Assembly: GCA_038087875.1 (NCBI GenBank)
Contig: CM075992.1
Span: 3,908,001 to 3,972,000, forward strand
Direction of reading: 5' to 3'
DNA: 64,000 nucleotides
Source of the DNA: Malacoraja senta
Lineage: Eukaryota
Shown: piece by piece, positions 54,901-64,000 of the stretch
Numbering within the stretch: position 1 is the first letter of the stretch
How the letters are laid out: every line of letters begins with the position of its first letter
Position numbers and translations under genes: made by a program
Notes under the pieces: generated by a model
Databases searched by the model: none
Told to the model about the DNA's origin: nothing
The model's input: only the letters and a program-made list of their open reading frames with translations

Positions 54901-57900
54901 CCACATCCCATCTCCCCCCATGTCTGCCTTCCGCAAAGACCGCTCCCTCCGTAACTCCCTTGTCAATTCTTCCCTTCCCTCCCGTACCACCCCCTCCCCG
55001 GGTACTTTCCCTTGCAACCGCAAGAGATGCAACACTTGTCCCTTCACCTCCCCCCTCGACTCCATTCAAGGACCTAAGCAGTCGTTCCAGGTGCGACAGA
55101 GGTTCACCTGCATCTCCTCCAACCTCATCTATTGCATTCGCTGCTCTAGATGCCAGCTGATCTACATCGGTGAGACCAAGCGAAGGCTTGGCGATCGTTT
55201 CGCCGAACACCTCCGGTCGGTCTGCAATAACCAACCTGATCTCCCGGTGGCTCAGCACTTCAACTCCCCCTCCCATTCCGTATCTGACCTCTCTGTCCTG
55301 GGTCTCCTCCATGGCCACAGCGAGCAACACTGGAAATTGGAGGAAATGCACCTCATATTCCGCTTGGGCAGTCTACATCCTGGGGGCTTGAACATTGAAT
55401 TCTCCAAATTCTGCTAGCCCTTGCTGTCCCCTCCCCTTCATCAGCCCTCTGGTTGTCTCCTCCCCTCCCCCAGCCCTCGGGCTCCTCCTCCGCCTTTTTT
55501 CCTTTCTTCTCCCCACCCCCTATCAGTCTGAAGAAGGGTTTCGGCCCGAAACGTTGCCTATTTCCTTCGCTCCATAGATGCTGCTGCACCCGCTGAGTTT
55601 CTCCAGCATTTTTGTGTACCATCTCTATTATAATCTGGCTTCAACTGTTTTTAAAATGTTGGTTGACGTGCACGTCAAGTGGAGTGGTGATTACTTTTAA
55701 CACTTCTTTGCCATATGTCATGTGAAATTCAATGCTGAGACACTGCAGGTATGGTAAATGTGATGAGGCAATGGTCATGAAAGATCAACCATCCTGTGCC
55801 CAACCATAGACACATGGAGTGGGTGTACCAGCCTCTGGGAAGAGGAAATGAAATTGTGTTGCTGCCCAGATTATCACTCGGCCAGGACTGGCTCCTTTTA
55901 CAGTCAGACGACGCTGAAGAAGGATCTCGACCCAAAACGGCACCCATTCCTTCTATCCAGATATGTTGCCTGCCCCGCTGAGTTACTCCAGCACTTTGTG
56001 TCTATCTTCCTTTTACAGTCATCCAAGCCTCGGCAATTCTCACTCCACGACCATCAATGCAAAAACATTCCAAGATGGCGCCCAACCCAGGGGACTATTT
56101 GGGTGTTAGCCACTGAAGCAGATCTCCAATCGCCTATTACAATCGCTCCACACTTTTAAATGGCTCGATTGTAATCGATTGTAATCGATTGTAATGGCTT
56201 GATTGTATTGTCTTTCCACTGACTGGTTAGCACGCAATAAAAGCTTTTCACTGCATCTCGGTACACGTGACAATAAAAGCTAAAAGTGAAGAGGTGAAAA
56301 TAAATTTGAAAGCTTGCAGCTGCTATTGGAGTCTACTTGTGGCTTTTTCAACTGTAACTGGTTGGATGGGGGAAAATTGCTGCTTCATCTTGGTCAGGTA
56401 CTTGGACAGGAACATGGATAGCAAAGAAGGAGATGGGCCATACGCGGGTAGGTGGGACTAGTGTAGATGGGGGCATGTTGGTTGGCAAGTGCCGAACAGG
56501 CTGTTTCCATGCTGCATTCTTGAGTAATTGGATTTATTACCAGTTGCATCGATTTTAATGAAGATAGACACAAAGTGATGAAGTAACTCAGCGGGTCAAG
56601 CAGCGTCTGGAGAAAAAGGATAGGTAACGTTTCGAATCAGGACCCTTCTTCAGACGTGCTGATTTTAATGCCTGAGATAAGAATAGTTGCAGGGGCATGA
56701 AGAGTTCTTTAACTGGAAACAAGCTGATTTAAACCCAGCCTGTTGAATTTTTGAAAATATGAATATTTGCAAATATGAATATCATACTAGCAAAATGTTA
56801 TATTGAAGACATTTGGGAATTGTGTTATGTTTTTTTGGGGAATATTGAAGGGTGGAGAGAATGTGTAAGGGAGGAACTGCAGGTGCTAGTTTAAACCAAA
56901 GACACAAAAAGCAGGATTAACTCAGTGGGTCAGGCAGCATCTCTGGAGAAAATGAATAGGTGACATTCTCAACCCAAAACATCACCTATTCCTTTTTTCC
57001 AGAGATTCTGACTGAATCTCTGGGGTGCTGCAGCTTTTTGTGTCTGTCTTCGATAGAGAGATTTCGACAGGTGGAGGGAGGTGAATCGGGACAAGCTTTT
57101 ATCATTGGCATGTGACAGAAGGAACTGCAGATGCAGGTTTATACGGAAGATACACACAAAGTGCTGGTATCTCAGCGGGTCAGGCACCATCTCTGGAAAA
57201 ACGGAATAGGTGACATTTTAGCTCGGAACCCTTTAGACTGCTAGCCAGTCTGAAGAAGGGTTTTGACCTGAAACGTCACCTATTCCTTTTCTCCAGAGAT
57301 GGTGCCTGACCTGCTGAGTTACTCCGGCACTTTGTGTCTATCTTTTATCATTGGCAGAAGGTTCAACGATTATCGAGGACCGATTTAAAAAATGTGGGCA
57401 AAAGATATTATGGTAGTCTTGGAATAATCATGGTCTAGAATGTATTGCTTGTGAGTGGTGGTGGTAGAGGAATGAATTGCAGCTTTCCAATGGGAGTTGG
57501 AGAGGCTTTTGAATAATTTACTGGGGTCTTGGGAAAGATAATAAGATGGTTGACTAGACTTGGAATCAGTATAGAGTTGGTGGGCCAAATGGTTGCCTTC
57601 TGAGATATAACAATTGATGTGGTGGTCCTGAAGTGAGAATTGTGGACCTTGAATGACTTGGAGAATTGCTGATCTTGGAAGGGAAATAATATCCATTTAC
57701 ATTCCCGGTAAAATGCACAGGGCTACAACAGCTTCACACTTCTCTGCGTGCTGGCACGGTTTCAACGCTGCACAGCGTGCTCTTCGTGTTCTAGCTGAGG
57801 TTACAACACTTGGCATCAACACACTTCATCAAATATTGTTTAAAAGTAGAAGTGGGGACCGTGAGACTTTGTTCTTTCCTCTTGGCTTGTTGACCACCCA

Positions 57901-60900
57901 AAGTAGTTGTGGAGCCAGTTCACATCTTGGGCATTTCTCATATCTTAGAGCAGCACAACAGTAGAGTTGTTGCCTGAGAGCACCAGAGACCCAGTTGCGA
58001 TCCTGAGTACCTGTGCCGTCTGTATGGAGTTTGCATGTTCTCCCTGTGACTGTGAGCTTTTTTCCGGGTGCTCCAGTTTCCTCCCGAATTCCAAAGACGT
58101 GCAGCTTTGTAGATTAGTTGGCTTCTGTAAATTGTTCCCAATATGCAGGATAGAACTAATATATGGCAGATAGACAAAAGTGCTGGAGAAACTCAGCGGG
58201 TGCAGCAGCATCTATGGAGCGAAGGAAATAGGCAACGTTTCGGGCCGAAACGTTGCCTATTTCCTTCGCTCCATAGATGCTGCTGCACCCGCTGAGTTTC
58301 TCCAGCACTTTTGTCTACCTTCGAATTTCCAGCATCTGCTTCTTAAACATAATATATGGCAGATTGTGCTCAGTGCGGACGTTTTCACATCTCTAAAATA
58401 AACTAAAAACTAAAATTTTGTTTACTCTGTCACACTTGGGGAGCAAGCCTTGCACTGCATTTATATCATAAGTTTGTGTCTCAAAACACAGTTTGTGCTG
58501 TGGCAAAGTCATGAAGAATTTAACTTGTGAAGGTGCTTTAAATTTTAAATAGTTGAAAGCCATTCTTAAATTAAAATTAAATATTTATATTGAAATCAAT
58601 AGTTGCGGCTCTGGCAGTCACTCTCTCTCCATGTTGCAATTGACTGATGTTATTATCTGTAATGGATGCTGAGTGAAATTCAGTTAGCACTGGAAGTCTG
58701 AAATAAATCTGGAAAAGGAATACGGGAATATTTTGGCCATGCAGCACCCGTGCTGTGAAAAACAAAACTGGCATTTTCAGTTGATGGATTGTTGTATTCT
58801 GCTGTAAAAAGCTGTAACCTGACATGTTAATTTACACTCTCCACGTCCACTGATAACTTGTACTTGTGATTAAAGGTCATCTGATATCCTTTACTCAGCA
58901 ACTTGGCAGTTGTGGGTTCTCAGCAGCCCATCTTATTAAGATGTTCAAAAATCAATTTGGCCATCTCTGCTGCAGTACATCGGAAATAGGAATGTCAGTA
59001 TTATCTGCATTCAAACCCCAAAGCCTAGTCGCTTGTTTGGTGATGAGAAAAGCCCCCCCTTTCAAATCTTTCACGTACCATCAGAAAATTGTTCACATTA
59101 CACCTTGTCATTATAAACAAAAGACTGGAGGAACTTGACAGGTCAAGCAGCATCTGTGGAGGGTATGGGCAGGCAGCTTTCGGGTCATGACCCTTCTTCA
59201 GACTAATCCGTTTGGCCCGAAACATTCTCTGAAGCAGCATTGGCAGTCCCTTCCTGCACATTTTCTCTACAGATGCTGCCTGACCAGTCGAGTTCCTCCT
59301 GCTGTTTTTTATGCTCAAGATTCCAGCATCTGCTGCTTCTTGCGTCTACTTAAAACGGTTGCTCTGGAAATTAGATCTCTCCTCCCAGAATGCTTTTTGC
59401 CAGGAGTACGGGAGATAGACACAGAGACATAATGCAGCACTGCTTTTGCTGGGCTTTTCTAAAAACTGCTTATAAAAATATACAGTGGCTTGCAAAAGTT
59501 TTCATACCCCTTGAACTTTTCCACATTTTGTCACGTTACAACCACAAACGTAAATGTATTTTATTGGGATTTTATGTGATAGACCAACACAAAGTGGTGA
59601 ATAATTGTGAAGTGGAAGGAAAATGATACATGGTTTTCAAATTTTTTTTACAAATAAAAAACTGAAAAGTGTGGCGTTCAAAAGTATTCAGCCCCCCTGA
59701 GTCAATACTTTGTAGAACCACCTTTCGCTGCAATTACAGCTGCAAGTCTTTTGGGGTATGTCTCTACCAGCTTTGCACATCTAGAGACTGAAATTTTTGC
59801 CCATTCTTCTTTGCAAAATAGCTCAAGCTCAGTCAGATTGGATGGAGAGCGTCTGTGAACAGCAATTTTCAAGTCTTGCCAGAGATTCTCAATTGGATTT
59901 AGGACTTTGACTGGGCCATTCTAACACATGAATATGCTTTGATCTAAACCATTCCATTGTAGCTCTGGCTGTATGTTTAGGGTCGTTGTCCTGCTGGAAG
60001 GTGAACCTCCGCCCCAGTCTCAAGTCTTTTGCAGACTCTAACAGGTTTTCTTCCAAGATTGCCCTGTATTTGGCTCCATCCTTCTTCCCATCAACTCTGA
60101 CCAGCTTCCCTGTCCCTGCTGAAGAAAAGCATCCCCACAGCATGATGCTGCCACCACCATGTTTCACAGTGGGGATGGTGTGTTCAGGGTGATGTGCAGT
60201 GTTAGTTTTCCGCCACACATAGCGTTTTGCATTTAGGCCAAAAACGTCAATTTTGGTCTCATCTGACCAGAGCACCTTCCTCCACATCTTTGCTGTGTCC
60301 CCCACATGGCTTGTGGCAAACTGCAAACGGGACTTCTTATGGCTTTTTTTCAACAATGGCTTTCTTCTTGCCACTCTTCCATAAAGGCCCGATTTGTGGA
60401 GTGCACGACTAATAGTTGTCCTGTGGACAGATTCTCCCACCTGAGCTGTGGATCTCTGCAGCTCCTCCAGAGTTACAATGGGCCTCTTGGCTGCTTCTCT
60501 GATCAATGCTCTCCTTGCCCGCCCGGCCTGTCAGTTTAGGTGGACGGCCATGTCTTGGTAGGTTTGCAGTTGTGCCATACTCTTTCCATTTTCGGATGAT
60601 GGATTGAACAGTGCTCCGTGAGATGTTCAAAGCTTGGTATATTTTTTTATAACCTAACCCTGCTTTAAACTGCTCCACAACTTTATCCCTGACCTGTCTG
60701 GTGTGTTCCTTGGGCTTCATGATGCTGTTTGTTCACTAATGTTCTCTAACAAACCTCTGAGGCCTTCACAGAACAGCTGTATTTATACTGAGATTAGATT
60801 ACACACAAGTGGACTCTATTTACTAATTAGGTGACTTCTGAAGGCAATTGGTTGCACTGGATTTTATTTAGGGGTATCAGAGTAAAGGGGGCTGAATACC

Positions 60901-62917
60901 TTTGCATGCCACACTTTTCATTTTTTTATTTGTAAAAAAATTTGAAAACCATGTATCATTTTCCTTCCACTTCACAATTATGCACCACTTTGTGTTGGTC
61001 TATCACATAAAATCCCAATAAAATACATTTACGTTTGTGGTTGTAACGTGACAAAATGTGGAAAAGTTCAAGGGGTATGAATACTTTTGCAAGCCACTGT
61101 ATATGTTTAAGAAAGAACTGCAGATGCTGGAAAAATCGAAAGTAGACAAAAAATGCTGGAGAAACTCAGCGGATGAGGCAGCATCTGTGGAGAGAAGGAA
61201 GAGGCGACATTTCGATTCGAGACCCTTCTTCAGACTGATGTCGTGGGTGGGGGGGGCGGGAAAAAGAAAGGAAGTATGCAGAGACAGTGGGAGAACTGGG
61301 GAGGGGAAGGAAGGAGAAAGCAAGGGCTATCTAAAATTAGAGAAGTCAACGTTCATACCGCTGGGATGTAAACTACCCAAGCGAAATATGAGGTGCTGTT
61401 CCTCCAATTTGCGCTGGGCCTCACTCTAGCAATGGAGGAGGCCCAGGACAGAAAGATTGGGAATGGGAGGGTGGAGTTGAAGTGCTGAGCAACCGGGCGA
61501 TCAGGTTGGTTAACACGGACTGAGCGGAGGTGTTCAGCGAAGCGATCACCGAGCCTGCGCTTGGTCTCGCCGATGTAGAGAAGTTGACACCTGGAGCAGC
61601 GGATGCAGTAGGTGAGGTTGGAGGAGGTGCAGGTGAACCTCTGCCTCACCTGGAAAGACTGATTGGGTCCTTGGATGGAGTCGAGGGGGGAGGTAAAGCG
61701 ACAAGTGTTGCATTTCCTGCGGTTGCAAGGGGAAAGTACCCGGGAAGGGGGTGGTTTGGGTAGGAAGGGATGAATTGACCAGGGAAAACCAGGTCAATAT
61801 ATTTTGTCTACCTATAAAAATATATATTCTGCTTGGAAATTGTGATATGTCTGGAGCGCATTGATATTCTAGACTGTGTACCATTGAGTGCTATAAACCT
61901 GCATGCCCAAACGTTTATGATGTGCTGAAACTGGGAGAAGCCTCTTGAAAAGCTCTATGGGAACGCACCTTCCTACCATGTTCAAGGGCTGCACATGAAT
62001 GATAACTAATGTGAAGTAATTGCAATAACATAATTTGCGATGAAAATGTTGACGAATGCAAATTTAAAAAAAAAATGTATATTTAAAAAATGTTTTTAAA
62101 AGCTAAATTCGGACAGCCCCTGCATGAATGCTATTTGCATTGTGAAATTTCTCTCTGGAGAGAAAGGATGGGTGACATCTTGGGTCGCGATCCTTCACCC
62201 GAGAGTCCCAACCTGAAGGGTCCTGAACTAAAAAAAATCACCCAGCTTTTTTTTTCCAGAGATGCTGCCTAAACCGCTGAGTTACTCTAGCACTTTGTGT
62301 CTATCTTCGGTATAAACCAGCATCTGCAGTTCCTTTCTACACATTTTGCCCGCCTGCATATTGATCTGCCTGAGGAAAGACGGTTCATGAATGATTGTGA
62401 ATACCGACTGCTTCTACCAACAAAGATAGCATATTGGAGAAACTCAGCGGGTGCAGCAGCATCTATGGAGCGAAGGAAATAGGCAACGTTTCGGCCCGAA
62501 ACGTTGCCTATTTCCTTCGCTCCATAGATGCTGCTGCACCCGCTGAGTTTCTCCAGCATTTTTGTCTACCTTTGATTTTCCCGCATCTGCAGTTACTTCT
62601 TAAACAAAGATAGCATATTCACAATTAGTGAATTATTCTCTCTTGTCCTCTGAGAAGAACATTGATTCTTCCAATATTGCCTACGACTTAGCTGTAGCTT
62701 CTGTGGTTTTCTGATCTTATGGAATCTTTTTAAAAAAAAAGTTTTTTTCCACCATCTTGGTAGAGATCAATAAACATTGATTATTACATTTTGCTTTGTG
62801 TTTCTAGGTCAAATGCAGAGGCCGTTTGAGGAAGCCACATATTCGCTGAAGATTGGAGAAATGAGCAATCCCGTGTTTACGGATTCTGGTATTCATATCA
62901 TCCTCCGTACTGCTTAA
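45795..62917 (+). CDS. PIN1: PIN1 peptidyl-prolyl cis-trans isomerase, exons 2-4 (exon 1 not located)
   Basis: Three in-frame GT-AG exons encode the WW C-terminal half and parvulin domain with [39 protein letters not shown]. Confidence 0.95.
46241..46486. mobile_element. TA-flanked MITE inserted in a CR1 fragment
   Basis: About 33-bp TIRs CTGCCCTAATTTGACAAAAGGAAGCAACTGACA/TGTCAGTTGCTTCCTTTTGTCAAAGTACGGCAA. Confidence 0.75.
51018..51128 (+). CDS. PIN1: PIN1 exon 3: [36 protein letters not shown]
   Basis: ttcag acceptor, AAG|gtaaga donor, 111 bp; Cys113-equivalent retained. Confidence 0.95.
52393..52811. mobile_element. Harbinger-like MITE (CpG-rich)
   Basis: TIRs AGGGCCTGTCCCACTTGGC/GCCAAGTGGGACAGGCCCT; related to 24110-24310. 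Confidence 0.8.
53870..55619 (+). mobile_element. 5'-truncated Penelope-like element (RT plus GIY-YIG) with 3' terminal repeat
   Basis: Open 498-aa ORF 53921..55417 ([39 protein letters not shown]); TSD CATCTCTATT at 53860-53869 and 55620-55629. Confidence 0.95.
55528..55555 (+). ncRNA. Minimal hammerhead ribozyme-like core in the Penelope terminal repeat
   Basis: CTGAAGA-A-GGG(TTTCGG)CCC-GAAACGTT; helix I is weak. Confidence 0.55.
59483..61099 (-). mobile_element. Full-length Tc1 transposon (Passport/PPTN-like, long TIRs) with a frameshifted transposase at 59702-60720
   Basis: TA TSDs; about 210-bp TIRs starting [31 protein letters not shown] and degenerate [11 protein letters not shown] motifs. 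Confidence 0.95.
61105..61785 (-). mobile_element. Penelope-like element 3' fragment (GIY-YIG) with terminal repeat
   Basis: ORF 61353..61649 [27 protein letters not shown]; similar fragments at ~1600-1870(+), 6390-6680(-), 22090-22485(-), 49680-50000(-). Confidence 0.9.
62808..62917 (+). CDS. PIN1: PIN1 exon 4 (last coding): [35 protein letters not shown]
   Basis: ttctag acceptor, TAA stop at 62915-62917. Confidence 0.96.
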
Positions 62918-63861
62918 GGTGCCTCCCTTTGGTTTGTCTTTACAGAGTGAATCACCCAGCCACTGCTGAAGACATTTTATGGAAACGTTCACTCACGTTG
63001 CTTCCGGCATCCCTAGTATTTTAACGATTTTGACATTTTGTCCAGTGTGCTTGCAGGCACTTGTGGCGGCAGCAGTCAGGGGAAGGAACTGACCTTAATT
63101 ATATAAACGGAGTCTTTAAAATAACGCTGTCTCTATGCAGCGGTCCACATGTTGATCCAATGTCTGGGGGTGAGTGCAGGTTTGTGCCAGTCTGCGCCGT
63201 ATTGCCGTTACTCTGTTGTATACGCTTCTGCTATATAATGTGTTGAAGACCGTTTGAATTTTATTGGAGTAACGCAGGCTTAAGTTAGACAAAATTAATG
63301 TTTATTTTCCCGGCACTGAGAAATTGTGGGTGAATTTAGCATCCCTTTGTTTATTGCTTTAGTCATTTACAAGTTACACTAATGCACAAGTTCATTTGGT
63401 GTATGTGTTTATTCTCTTATATTGGAGGTAGCGCCTGTTAAGGCTTTTGTTTGTAGTTAAAGCAGGGCCCTTTACCACTTCCACGGAAATGCATAAGCAT
63501 TGATATGCGGGGAGTACTTTAACTCATCATCCTTTAGCTTCTGTGCTCTTGGTATGCAGTATTGCTGCTGATCTTTGACCATTGCATGGTCAGTGGTTGT
63601 ATAGGTAAACTTTTTTATCTCCCCCCCCCCCCCAGCCCCCCTCTGACCATTCCACAAGGTACTGATAGAAATGCAGTTCCGAAAAGTAATTGTCGATATC
63701 TGGACTACGTAAAGAGAATAACTTTTCTCTTTTCTGTTGCAAAGATCCTTTTAGGCTGGTTAGTTTGGGTGTGCATGCATGTCTTCTTAAAGTGCACCAA
63801 AGCTACGACATGAAATTGGGGTTATGGGAAATGTAAGATTACATTTGTCTAGCTAAGTCAA

Positions 63862-63867
63862 AATAAA
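63862..63867 (+). terminator. Candidate PIN1 polyadenylation signal
   Basis: AATAAA about 950 nt after the stop codon, followed by a GT-rich downstream tract. Confidence 0.55.
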
Positions 63868-64000
63868 GAAATTCCTCAAAGTATCAGAGCCTGGTGTCTT
63901 ATTCTGTGTAGTTGGTTGTCCTTAATCTGCATTGAATCATGTTTTATCTGGGCAACTGGAATAGTTAAAGAATCTCTAATATTCCAGGGTAATTGCAGAG

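Overview
Eukaryotic, repeat-dense vertebrate genomic DNA. The repeat set (HE1/V-type SINEs, CR1/HER1-like LINEs, Penelope-derived units) points to a cartilaginous fish, probably a skate or ray (inference). Two + strand intron-rich genes are present. VAV1 has 18 coding exons (1284-28649; acidic region, DH, PH, C1, N-SH3), all bounded by GT-AG and in frame; its SH2/C-SH3 exons are not found and a 200-N gap (30529-30728) follows. PIN1 has exons 2-4 (45795-62917) plus a 3' UTR; its exon 1 was not found. Introns hold CR1, L2, L1/Tx1, Penelope, solo LTRs, a full-length Passport-like Tc1 element and several MITE families. The most unusual signals are ribozyme-like folds in short retroelements: a ~130-nt TSD-flanked element headed by a CPEB3/HDV-like fold (two degenerate copies), an RTE-derived bipartite element with a covarying HDV-like fold at its exact 5' end, and more than 20 minimal hammerhead cores in Penelope-derived units, some forming perfect TSD-flanked palindromes.
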